A stretch of DNA of 44,824 bases from Peptococcaceae bacterium. Lineage in GTDB: Bacteria; Bacillota; Peptococcia; DRI-13; UBA5745. Location: contig JAISDE010000108.1 in assembly GCA_031265035.1 (NCBI GenBank), positions 1 to 44,824 of the forward strand. The letters are read 5' to 3'. Below, piece by piece: positions 10,372 to 18,646 of the stretch. A program made the translations under genes and the position numbers. How positions within the stretch are numbered: the first letter of the stretch is position 1; every line of letters begins with the position of its first letter. The notes under the pieces are model-generated. The model ran no database searches. It was not told the DNA's origin and saw only the letters and a program-made list of their open reading frames with translations.

Positions 10372-11469
10372 ATGCGCTCACTCATCTCCCGCGGACAAGG
10401 CGAGGCCGCGCCGTCTCTCGTCAAATCCTTGGTTCCAGTGGTGGCGGCGCTGCTGGCGCTGAATATTGTCTCCTTGGTGATCGCCGTCTCCGTGGGGCAG
10501 GTGGCCATCCCCGCCGAGCTATCCTACAAGATCTTGCTATATCGGCTGACCGGCGCCGTAGTGGGGGATAAGGGGGCGCTGACGGCGGGAACTTTTATGA
10601 ATATAGTCTGGGATATCCGGTTTCCCAGGGCTCTGACATCTATGCTGGTAGGGGCGGGGCTGGCGGTTTGCGGCGTGATTATGCAGGCGTCGGTGAAAAA
10701 CCCCCTGGCCGATCCCTATATCCTGGGCGTGTCCTCCGGCGCCTCCCTGGGCGCTACCTTCGCGATTTTGATCGGCTTTGGCTCGTTGGATCTGCTGTCC
10801 CAGGCGGGGGTTTCTTTCGGGGCCTTCACCGGGGCGCTCATCGCGTCTTTGGGGGTGCTGACGCTGGCGGAGACGAGCGGGCGGGCCACCTCCACCAAGC
10901 TGGTGCTGTCCGGCATGGTCATCAACGCTTTGTGCAACGCCTTCTCCAACTTTATTGTCTATTTCGCCAGCGACTCGGAGGGGATCAAAAGCGTGACCTT
11001 TTGGACGATGGGCAGCCTGGCGTCGGCCAAGTGGGAAAAGCTGCCCCTGCTGGCGGCGGTCGTGGGCGCGGCGCTGCTGTTTTCCCTGCCCCAGGCCCGG
11101 GTTCTCAACATTATGCTGATCGGGGATGAGGCGGCGATTACGCTGGGGATCAGGCTGTCCTCTTACCGGCGGGGCTACATGATCGTGTCGGCCCTGGTGA
11201 CGGGGGTCATTGTGTCCTATTGCGGCATGATTGGCTTTGTGGGGCTGATTGTCCCCCATATCGCCCGGGGCTTTGTCGGCTCGGATCACCGGCGGGTCAT
11301 CCCCATCAGCATGGGAATAGGCTCACTGTTTTTAGTTTGGGCGGACGTTATCGCCCGGGTGGCGATCCCCAAAAGCGAGGTGCCCATCGGTATTATCACC
11401 GCGATGATCGGCGCGCCGGTCTTTATTTACATGCTGGTAAAACGGGGCTACGGATTCGGGAAGGAATAA
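10372..11469 (+). CDS. FecCD-family iron-siderophore/B12 ABC transporter permease
   Basis: 365 aa, multi-TM. Conserved FecCD stretches (NPLADPYILGVSSGASLGA, GMIGFVGLIVPHIAR, PIGIITAMIGAPVFIYML). Confidence 0.9.
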   Translation: MRSLISRGQGEAAPSLVKSLVPVVAALLALNIVSLVIAVSVGQVAIPAELSYKILLYRLTGAVVGDKGALTAGTFMNIVWDIRFPRALTSMLVGAGLAVCGVIMQASVKNPLADPYILGVSSGASLGATFAILIGFGSLDLLSQAGVSFGAFTGALIASLGVLTLAETSGRATSTKLVLSGMVINALCNAFSNFIVYFASDSEGIKSVTFWTMGSLASAKWEKLPLLAAVVGAALLFSLPQARVLNIMLIGDEAAITLGIRLSSYRRGYMIVSALVTGVIVSYCGMIGFVGLIVPHIARGFVGSDHRRVIPISMGIGSLFLVWADVIARVAIPKSEVPIGIITAMIGAPVFIYMLVKRGYGFGKE

Positions 11470-11498
11470 ATTGGCGGATTCGGGAAGGAACAATCTGT
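11451..11498 (+). repeat. 2 x 24-nt tandem duplication across the permease stop / ATPase RBS
   Basis: CGGATTCGGGAAGGAATAAATTGG then CGGATTCGGGAAGGAACAATCTGT; the first 16 nt are identical. Copy 1 holds stop TAA 11467-11469. Copy 2 supplies GGGAAGGAA ahead of ATG 11499. Confidence 0.9.
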
Positions 11499-12260
11499 AT
11501 GTCACTGACAGTCGAGGGTCTTTATGTCCATCTGTCCGGCAAGGAGATCATCCGCGATGTGTCGCTGCGGGTGGAAAAAGGGCGCTTTGTCGGCCTGATC
11601 GGACCCAACGGCAGCGGCAAATCCACCTTGCTGCGGGCGGTTTACAAAGTGCTGCCGCCCAAAGAAGGCGCCATTTTGCTGTTTGGCCGGGATGTCGCGC
11701 GGGCCAGCCCTAAAACCGTGGCCAAACAAATGGCGGTGGTAGGGCAGTTTAATGATCTGGAATTCGATTTCACGGTCATGGAGATGGTCATGATGGGGCG
11801 AAGTCCCCACAAATCCCTGCTGGAGGGAGATTCCCAAGAGGATTTCCAGATTGCCGGGGAGGCGCTGCGCCAGGTGGATATGGCGGACTACAGCCAGCGG
11901 GATTTCCTATCCCTTTCCGGCGGCGAGCGGCAGCGAGTGATTTTGGCCCGAGCCATCGCCCAGCAGCCGGAGTTTCTTGTGCTGGATGAGCCGACCAACC
12001 ATCTGGATATCAAGTTCCAGATTCATTTGTTGTCCGCCGTCAAAAATCTGGGCGTGGGCGTATTGGCCGCCCTCCATGATTTGGAATTGGCGGCTGAGTA
12101 CTGCGATTACCTGTATGTGCTCAACCGCGGGCAGGTGGTGGCGGGGGGCGAGCCTGCCGCTATCCTGACCAAGGAGTTGATCGAGGAAGTGTACGGCGTT
12201 CATTGCGAGCCGTATGTCAACCCGATCACCGGCGGCTTCGCGGTGGCTTATTTGCGCTAA
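11499..12260 (+). CDS. ABC transporter ATP-binding protein (FepC/FecE/BtuD-like)
   Basis: The track ORF 11220-12260 is an upstream extension overlapping the permease; ATG 11499 gives MSLTVEGLYV. Motifs GPNGSGKST, LSGGERQRV, LVLDEPTNHLD. Confidence 0.9.
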   Translation: MSLTVEGLYVHLSGKEIIRDVSLRVEKGRFVGLIGPNGSGKSTLLRAVYKVLPPKEGAILLFGRDVARASPKTVAKQMAVVGQFNDLEFDFTVMEMVMMGRSPHKSLLEGDSQEDFQIAGEALRQVDMADYSQRDFLSLSGGERQRVILARAIAQQPEFLVLDEPTNHLDIKFQIHLLSAVKNLGVGVLAALHDLELAAEYCDYLYVLNRGQVVAGGEPAAILTKELIEEVYGVHCEPYVNPITGGFAVAYLR

Positions 12261-12313
12261 GAGCGTGATAGGTGTATGATAGGAGTATAATATAAGTCAT
12301 GCTAGGAGCATGA
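12258..12313 (+). repeat. degenerate 11-12-nt tandem units starting at the ATPase stop codon
   Basis: TAAGAGCGTGA TAGGTGTATGA TAGGAGTATAA TATAAGTCATGC TAGGAGCATGA. Confidence 0.6.
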
Positions 12314-12353
12314 TACATGAAACGCGGTAAGCATATAAGGGAGTGATATCGTA

Positions 12354-14264
12354 TTGCTGCTGATGAATCGGACACTCCTGCGACTTTCCCGGGGGCTGTG
12401 GCCGCGTATTTTTTTGATCGTGGCCGTCAAGCTGGTTGTGTTGGTCGGCACAGCCAGGTTCGCGGGCAATGTGGCCGAGCTGCTGGGGGATTTTCTTGAG
12501 CCCCGGCTGACCGGCGGGCAATTCAGGCAGGCGGTTCTCGCCGCTTTCCTGGCCGCCGCCGTCGTGCTGTTGGGCGAGGTTTTGGCGGGGGAGGCGGAGT
12601 TTCTCTGCGCCGCCAAGGCCCGCCGGTCGCTGCGGGAAAAACTCTTTTCCAGACTGCTGGCTCTCGACGCCGTCGGGGCGGATAGCCTCGGCGTGACCGC
12701 CGCCGTCACGGCTACCGCGGATGGGGTGGAAGCGCTGCAAACTTACTACAGCAGGTATCTGCCAGCCCTGTTCTACAGCCTGACGGCGCCGGTTTATTTA
12801 TTTTTCGCGCTGCGGGATATTTCCCTGCCCGGGGCGGCGCTGCTGCTGGCGACAGCCTACTGTGTAACGCCCCTCAACAGCCTGTTTCGCCAAAAAGTGG
12901 AGCGGCTGAAAAAAGGTTATTGGAATGGCTTTCAACAATTGACGGCTTATTATCTGGAGAGCCTGCGCGGGCTCACTACCGTTAAGCTTTTTAATCAGGA
13001 CGAAACCAGGGGGAATGCCCTGGCGGCCAAAGCGGAGAATTTCAACAGCAGAATCATGGATATGATGAGGCTGAATTTTTCGGCCTTTCTGTTTACCGAT
13101 ACGCTGGTACATCTGGCGGAGGCGGCGGCGCTGATTTTAGTGTGCGTTCAGGCTGGCCGGGGAGCGATAAGTCTACCGGCCGCGCTGATGGTGTTTATGC
13201 TGGCCCACAGCTTCTTTGCCTCCGTGGGCCAGTTGATGAGCGCGACCCATCAGGCGATTGCCGGCGTGGCGGCCTCCGAGCAGGCGGCCGTGATTTTGGG
13301 CGAGGCGCCGGACGAGGCGCCGCCGCGCGCCGCGGCCCCTGAGCCGGCCGGGCCGAGGCGAGCTGAGGCCGCCGCGCCGGCCGGGGCGGCTGTCGCGGCG
13401 GGGTCACAGCGGCCTGAGCCAGTCGCGACCGACGCTCCCGCGGCGCCGGCAGCCCCGGCCGCTCCTGTAGCGCCGGCCGCGCCGCCGCCCGGCGGGGCAA
13501 GGAAGGGCGGCGCCTTTGCCGGCATTGAGATACGGGGCGTTTCTTATCGCTATGGCGACAGGCGGGCAGCGCTTCGTCAGGTAAACCTACAAATCCCCCA
13601 AGGCTCCAAGGTGGCCCTGGTGGGACAGTCCGGCTGCGGGAAAAGCACGCTGGCCGCCTTGCTGATGGGCTTTCTCACCCCGGCTGGGGGAGAGATTTTT
13701 ATTGACGGAGCGGACAGCGCCGGGCTTGCCCCGGAGCGGCGGCGGGGCCAAATTGTGCTGGTGCCCCAGACGGTGGGGCTTTTTAGCGGCAACGTCGCCG
13801 ACAATCTGCGGATCGCCAGGCCGGACGCGAGTGAGGCCGTCTTGCTGGGCGCGTTGGAGCAGGCGCGCCTGAGAGAATGGGTGGCGTCTCAGCCCAAGGG
13901 GCTGGGGACGGAAGTCGGCGACGCCGGCACCAAGCTGTCCGGCGGACAGCGGCAGAAGATGGGCATCGCCCGGGCTTTTCTTACCGGCGCGCCTTACCTG
14001 ATTTTTGATGAGGCCACCTCCAGCGTGGATCCGGAAAGCGAGCGGGAAATTTGGGCCTGTATTGAGGATCTGGCCGCCTCCCGCACAATAATTATCATTT
14101 CTCACCGCTTGGCCGCCATTAGCGCCGCCGACCGGATTTACGTCTTGTCCGACGGCGCGATAGCCCAATGGGGGACGCACGGCGAGCTGATGGGGCAAGA
14201 AGGGCTGTACCGCCGATTGGTGACGGAGCAAGCCGAGTTGGAACGTTACGGATTAGTTCAATAA
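12354..14264 (+). CDS. ABC exporter, fused permease/ATPase subunit (CydD-like)
   Basis: 636 aa. TTG 12354 lies 10 nt after AAGGGAG (alternative ATG 12363). N-terminal 6-TM domain. NBD motifs GQSGCGKST, LSGGQRQKM, LIFDEATSSVD. A roughly 70-aa Ala/Pro-rich insert sits at the TMD-NBD junction. Confidence 0.85.
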   Translation: MLLMNRTLLRLSRGLWPRIFLIVAVKLVVLVGTARFAGNVAELLGDFLEPRLTGGQFRQAVLAAFLAAAVVLLGEVLAGEAEFLCAAKARRSLREKLFSRLLALDAVGADSLGVTAAVTATADGVEALQTYYSRYLPALFYSLTAPVYLFFALRDISLPGAALLLATAYCVTPLNSLFRQKVERLKKGYWNGFQQLTAYYLESLRGLTTVKLFNQDETRGNALAAKAENFNSRIMDMMRLNFSAFLFTDTLVHLAEAAALILVCVQAGRGAISLPAALMVFMLAHSFFASVGQLMSATHQAIAGVAASEQAAVILGEAPDEAPPRAAAPEPAGPRRAEAAAPAGAAVAAGSQRPEPVATDAPAAPAAPAAPVAPAAPPPGGARKGGAFAGIEIRGVSYRYGDRRAALRQVNLQIPQGSKVALVGQSGCGKSTLAALLMGFLTPAGGEIFIDGADSAGLAPERRRGQIVLVPQTVGLFSGNVADNLRIARPDASEAVLLGALEQARLREWVASQPKGLGTEVGDAGTKLSGGQRQKMGIARAFLTGAPYLIFDEATSSVDPESEREIWACIEDLAASRTIIIISHRLAAISAADRIYVLSDGAIAQWGTHGELMGQEGLYRRLVTEQAELERYGLVQ

Positions 14265-14328
14265 TGAGTCGTTAATAAGTCGTTAATAAGTCGTTGAAAA
14301 GTTGTTGAACTAGTTGTTGAACTAGTTC
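14255..14328 (+). repeat. about 6 tandem 11-12-nt AT-rich units starting in the last codons/stop of the CydD-like gene
   Basis: AGTTCAATAATG AGTCGTTAATA AGTCGTTAATA AGTCGTTGAAA AGTTGTTGAACT AGTTGTTGAACT AGTTC...; stop TAA 14262-14264 lies in unit 1. Confidence 0.9.
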
Positions 14329-14347
14329 TAAGGGGAGGAATCAGTCT

Positions 14348-16051
14348 ATGGCTGGGCAAAAAAAGCGCAGCCTGCGCCGCTTGACCGCGCGATTGCTCCG
14401 GCGGGTCGGCGATCAGGGCCAGACGCTGTTTCAATCTACCGCGGCCAGTGTGGTGGGCAATCTAAGCCAGCTGGGCCTGATGGGCTTTGGGGCGCTTTTG
14501 ATTTTGCGCTGTACCGGTCACACAGCCTCAGGCTCTCCCCCGCTGTGGGGCGCCCTGGCCGCGTTGAGCTCGGCCTTGATCGTCCTGTGCCGGTATTGGG
14601 AGGGCTATTTGTCCCACGCCGGAGCCTATCGGCTGCTGGCCCGGGAGCGAATCAGCCTGTACCGCGTTTTGGGCAGGCTGGCGCCCGCCTGCCTGACAGA
14701 TCGCCAAAAGGGCGATATCCTCTCAATCGCCACGGCCGATATTGAGACCATTGAGTTCTTTTTCGCCCATACCATTGGGCCGGCTATTACGGTGATCCTG
14801 CTGCCTTTGATCACCTTGACGATCGCCGGCCGCTGCCATCCTTTATTTGTTTGGGCGCTGCTGCCGGTCTATATCTGCATGAGCGTCCTGCTTCCCTTAG
14901 CGGCCATGGGCGCCGGGCGGGATGTGGGGACGCGCCGCCGGGAGCAGCTGGGCGACATGAAATCCTTGATCCTGGAAAGCGTCTGCGGTCTGCGGGATAT
15001 TCAAATTTTTGGGCACGCCGCCAGGCGTCTGGCGATTGTGGCGGCGAAAGACGCCGAGATCAACCGATCAACCCATTGGCTGACCCTGCACCGGCAGATT
15101 GTCACCGCCGCCCCCGTTTTTTTAGTGTATCTGGCGAGGATCGCGCTGCTGGCGATCGCCTCTTACCTCGCTCCCCAGGGCAATGGCGACCCGGTGGCCT
15201 TGGTGGCGCTGTCTTTTGTGGTATCGGCGTCTTTTTCCTCCACACAATCGCTGACCACCGTCATATCGAGCCTGCTGGAGACCTACGCGGCCGCGGAGCG
15301 GATCTTCGCCCTGGAGGACGCCGAGCCGGCCGTCGCGGAGGCTGAGGACGCCAGGATATTGACCGCTGTGGAAGAGATCGCCTTTCATGATGTCTCCTTC
15401 CGATATGAGGCTGACGCCGACCTGATTCTGGATCATCTGAGCCTTACGATTCGTAAGGGTGAGACCATAGGCATTATGGGAGAGAGCGGCATCGGGAAAT
15501 CCACGATTTTGCGCCTTTTGCTCCGTTTTTGGGATGTCAGCGGCGGCAGTATCACCGTCAACGGCATCCCCTTGCGGCAGTTATCCCCGCGGAGCCTGCG
15601 CTCCCGTATCGCGTTGCTGGAGCAGGATGTTTTCCTTTTTGATGATACCATCGCCGCCAACATCGCTTTTGGCAAGCCCCAAGCCAGCCCGGAGGAGATC
15701 GCCCGGGCGGCGGGGCGGGCGCGTCTCCACGATTTTATTATGACCTTGCCCGACGGCTATGAGACGCGAATGGGCGAGACCGCGAGCCGCCTGTCCGGCG
15801 GGGAAAGGCAGCGCGTTGGCGTCGCGCGGATAATGTTGATCGATCCGGATGTGATCGTGATGGATGAGCCGACCAGCAATCTGGATATCTTTAATGAAAA
15901 AGGGCTGCTGAAGACCTTGAGCGAGGTGTACAGTGATAAAACGGTGATCATCGTGTCTCACCGCGTCTCCGCCCTGGCCGGCTGCGACCGCGTCCTCGAT
16001 CTGCGAGATGGCAGGTTGGTGGAGCGGCGGAGCGGGAGCGAAAGCGAATGA
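14348..16051 (+). CDS. ABC exporter, fused permease/ATPase subunit (CydC-like partner)
   Basis: 567 aa; AGGGGAGGAA RBS before ATG 14348. Motifs GESGIGKST, LSGGERQRV, IVMDEPTSNLD. Confidence 0.85.
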   Translation: MAGQKKRSLRRLTARLLRRVGDQGQTLFQSTAASVVGNLSQLGLMGFGALLILRCTGHTASGSPPLWGALAALSSALIVLCRYWEGYLSHAGAYRLLARERISLYRVLGRLAPACLTDRQKGDILSIATADIETIEFFFAHTIGPAITVILLPLITLTIAGRCHPLFVWALLPVYICMSVLLPLAAMGAGRDVGTRRREQLGDMKSLILESVCGLRDIQIFGHAARRLAIVAAKDAEINRSTHWLTLHRQIVTAAPVFLVYLARIALLAIASYLAPQGNGDPVALVALSFVVSASFSSTQSLTTVISSLLETYAAAERIFALEDAEPAVAEAEDARILTAVEEIAFHDVSFRYEADADLILDHLSLTIRKGETIGIMGESGIGKSTILRLLLRFWDVSGGSITVNGIPLRQLSPRSLRSRIALLEQDVFLFDDTIAANIAFGKPQASPEEIARAAGRARLHDFIMTLPDGYETRMGETASRLSGGERQRVGVARIMLIDPDVIVMDEPTSNLDIFNEKGLLKTLSEVYSDKTVIIVSHRVSALAGCDRVLDLRDGRLVERRSGSESE

Positions 16052-16121
16052 TTTAGCGCGGAACCCGTTGCGGCGCCCGCCATTTCAAGGTATACTATGA
16101 GCAGAGAGGGAGTTGATCGCC

Positions 16122-16586
16122 ATGCGCGTGCCGCGCGTTTATATTGAATCCTCAGTCTTTAACTTTATGTTCGCTGACGACGCGCCGGATAAACGTAATG
16201 ATACCCAAAAGCTATTTGATGAGATTAAGGCGGGGTTGTATGAGCCATACACATCTGAATATGTTGTGCGGGAACTTTCAGCGGCGCGGGCACCAAAAAG
16301 AGAGAATATGCTCAGCCTGATCAAGCAATATGACATAATCCCACTACCAGCCGACGAAGAAACTGAGCGGTTAGCCGCTATATATGTGATGGAAGGCGTT
16401 ATCCCCGCCAAGTACGGTACCGACGCGATTCATATCGCTTGCGTGACAGTAAATGACCTAGACTTTATCGTCAGTTTTAATTTCAAACATATAGTAAAAC
16501 GTAAGACTATGCTGATGACGGGGGCGATTAATTTGCGCGAGGGCTATAAGCAGATTGGGATTTTCTCGCCGACGGAGGTGATTTAG
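16122..16586 (+). CDS. PIN-domain protein (VapC-like toxin candidate)
   Basis: ATG 16122 lies 9 nt after AGAGGGAG (the track starts at TTG 16113). PIN-like landmarks VYIESSVF, SEYVVRELS, GTDAIHIAC, FIVSFNFKHI. Visibly AT-richer than its flanks. Confidence 0.65.
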   Translation: MRVPRVYIESSVFNFMFADDAPDKRNDTQKLFDEIKAGLYEPYTSEYVVRELSAARAPKRENMLSLIKQYDIIPLPADEETERLAAIYVMEGVIPAKYGTDAIHIACVTVNDLDFIVSFNFKHIVKRKTMLMTGAINLREGYKQIGIFSPTEVI

Positions 16587-16587
16587 G

Positions 16588-16809
16588 ATGAATGATTTAG
16601 ATAAATATATGAATGACCCTGATATTATTGATGAGCCCATGCCTATGCGAGAGATTCACGCTATCCGGCTGATGATTCAAGCCGAGACTAAGGAAATGTC
16701 CCCGGCTGAGCGCGCCCGGCACACTCATGAGCAGGCGCAAAAGGTGATGGAGGAATATGGCTTGACAGAGCGACAGCCAAAATCGCGCGGGGTAAGAAAA
16801 ATTATGTAA
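16588..16809 (+). CDS. small acidic/helical partner protein of the PIN gene (antitoxin candidate)
   Basis: 73 aa. ATG 16588 lies 1 nt after the PIN stop, with a GGAGG RBS inside the PIN 3' end. I recognise no family. Confidence 0.55.
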   Translation: MNDLDKYMNDPDIIDEPMPMREIHAIRLMIQAETKEMSPAERARHTHEQAQKVMEEYGLTERQPKSRGVRKIM

Positions 16810-16825
16810 GGGAAATATTCTTTAA

Positions 16826-18646
16826 ATGCGGGATCATATGAGCGAGAGCGGCGAGAGCAAAAAAGATGAGGGTATATTGGACACCGGCATATTCTATGAG
16901 ATGGAGTACGCTTCTAGTCCCGCGCCGGGCATTGAGAGGCTCGTCTCGGGTCTCCAAAAGATCCCGCCGCCGATCCGGGACGCGAGGCGGGAGATCTTCA
17001 GCCAAATGCGGGATATCGCGCGGAAATACCGCCTCGGGCCCAATTACCCGCGGTCTTTTGACCAAAAGCTCCAGGGCGACAACGGGATCATCTTTTATAA
17101 GCAAGGCATGTTTATGAGAGATTTCTCGGATGATTACTCCGGCCACGCGGGGTTCGCGCGATATTTCCCCTTTTATCAGATGATGGGCTATGAGCAGCTG
17201 CGCACGTATTTTACCTGGCGGACGGCGGTCAGAAAAGGCAGCGTCCGGGAAATCTCACCGGCTTACGCTTTTTTGTATGTCTATGAGCTGCTGGCCAATA
17301 TCGGGGCGGACGACCCGGCGGACGGCCTGGCGAAGCTGCTGTTTTTTTGGCGGGCCTTCAGCGCGTATGACAATACCCTGGACAAGTATATTTTCCGCTG
17401 GCTGAAAGATTATCATATCTACTACGAGCTGCCCCTGTCCTTCCGGGAGTTCACCGAAAAGAACAACCTTACCGGGCATTATCCGGAGCTGGCCGCCACT
17501 GGCAATCCCGGGGACGATTTTGATTTGCTCTGCGGGATCTCCAAGTACGACCTCAGGGCTTCCGCCTTTTTTACCGCCGGTAACGGGGAACTGATCAAGG
17601 ATTGCTTTTACTTCGTGACCGATCGGCTCCGACAGGTATTCCGGGACAAAGGCGAAGATTTCGACGGTTATATATTTCAGTCCCCTCAGCGAATGTCGGC
17701 CTGGGCGCCGTTTAGGGACGCCTTATTTTATCAGTGGCTGCGGCAGCCGGACAGGCGGGTGATTTTGTCCCCCAGAGAAATCTATATTTGCCGCCAAAAT
17801 AAATGGATTTTCAGCCCGGTCATAACCACCGAGAGCGGCAGGCTGCTGCTGGGTTATATCATGCGGCAAATGGAGTCCGCTCTGCGGGCAGCCGCGAAAT
17901 ATAAATTCAAGCTGAGGGCCGGTATCCACAGCCTGGCGCCCAGCAGCGGCGCCGCCCCGCCTGACGCGGCCGATAAATTGGCCGGGGCGGGATTATCCCT
18001 GGAGAATGTCATCAACGGCGGGGTCAGGGAGTTTTACCGAGAGGCGACCCAAACGGTCGTCAAGCTTGATCCCGACGCGTTGGCCAGCATCCGGCGGGAG
18101 GCCCTGGTCACACAGGAAAGGCTGCTTGTGCCGGAGGGGGAAGCAGGCTCCGGGGCGGTAGCGGCGGCGGTAGCGTTTGCTCTGCCGCCAAAGCTGGTGC
18201 CAGAGCAAACGCCGTCCGCGACACCGGAGGCAACGCTGTTGCCAGTGGCGGCGCCACCAGAGCTGGCGCCAGTACCGGAACTGCCGGCGGCGGCAGCGGC
18301 GGCGGCGGTAGCTCCGGCGCAGACGCCAGCGCCAGCATCGGAGTCGGAACTGCCGCCGCCGACACCGCCGCCAACCCCGGCGCCTGAAAGCCCACCGGCG
18401 GCGGCCGCCGGCATCTGGGCGAGCCTCCAAGCCGCGCTGACCGAGACTGAGCTACAGGCCCTGGCGGCGCTGGCCCAGGGCGAACAAGACATCAGGGAAT
18501 TCGCCGGCGCGCGGGGTGTCCTGCCGGAGGTTTTGCTGGACGGGATCAACGGGAAGGCGCTGGATATTATCGGCGACAGCCTTACGGACGCCGAGTTCGT
18601 TTTATACAGTGACTACAAAGATCAAGTAAAGGAATTGGTCAGATGA
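16826..18646 (+). CDS. sngA: TerB-N / TerB-C domain protein (Shango SngA-like)
   Basis: 606 aa. TerB-N-type block YFPFYQMMGYEQLRTYFTWRTAVRKGSVREISPAYAFLYVYELLANIG. A roughly 90-aa Ala/Pro linker. TerB-C-type tail LTETELQALAALAQGEQDIREFAGARGVLPEVLLDGINGKALDIIGDSL. Confidence 0.8.
   Translation: MRDHMSESGESKKDEGILDTGIFYEMEYASSPAPGIERLVSGLQKIPPPIRDARREIFSQMRDIARKYRLGPNYPRSFDQKLQGDNGIIFYKQGMFMRDFSDDYSGHAGFARYFPFYQMMGYEQLRTYFTWRTAVRKGSVREISPAYAFLYVYELLANIGADDPADGLAKLLFFWRAFSAYDNTLDKYIFRWLKDYHIYYELPLSFREFTEKNNLTGHYPELAATGNPGDDFDLLCGISKYDLRASAFFTAGNGELIKDCFYFVTDRLRQVFRDKGEDFDGYIFQSPQRMSAWAPFRDALFYQWLRQPDRRVILSPREIYICRQNKWIFSPVITTESGRLLLGYIMRQMESALRAAAKYKFKLRAGIHSLAPSSGAAPPDAADKLAGAGLSLENVINGGVREFYREATQTVVKLDPDALASIRREALVTQERLLVPEGEAGSGAVAAAVAFALPPKLVPEQTPSATPEATLLPVAAPPELAPVPELPAAAAAAAVAPAQTPAPASESELPPPTPPPTPAPESPPAAAAGIWASLQAALTETELQALAALAQGEQDIREFAGARGVLPEVLLDGINGKALDIIGDSLTDAEFVLYSDYKDQVKELVR

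Noticed and set aside
11220-11498. N-terminal ORF extensions in the track: 11220-11498, 32282-32533, 34212-34349, 9230-9247 and 29105-29119.
   Set aside because: The extensions overlap the upstream gene or lack an RBS. Internal ATGs with good RBSs give canonical N-termini (MSLTVEG..., MLKVDFINVG..., lipoprotein signal peptides).
14255-14328. CRISPR array as an explanation for the short repeat clusters (also 38135-38219 and 12258-12313).
   Set aside because: The units are contiguous, only 10-14 nt long, degenerate and without spacers. No cas genes are present.
12354-16051. Naming the exporter pair cydD/cydC.
   Set aside because: Only family-level resemblance can be judged by eye, and no cytochrome bd genes are nearby. 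The calls are kept as CydDC-like without gene symbols.
18034-18549. Ala/Pro/Gly-rich ORFs on both strands (18034-18549, 17993-18430, 13195-13525 and 28389-28709) as possible real low-complexity proteins.
   Set aside because: They mirror the low-complexity linker-coding segments of the sense genes (SngA, the CydD-like protein, DmpA) and have no independent start signals.
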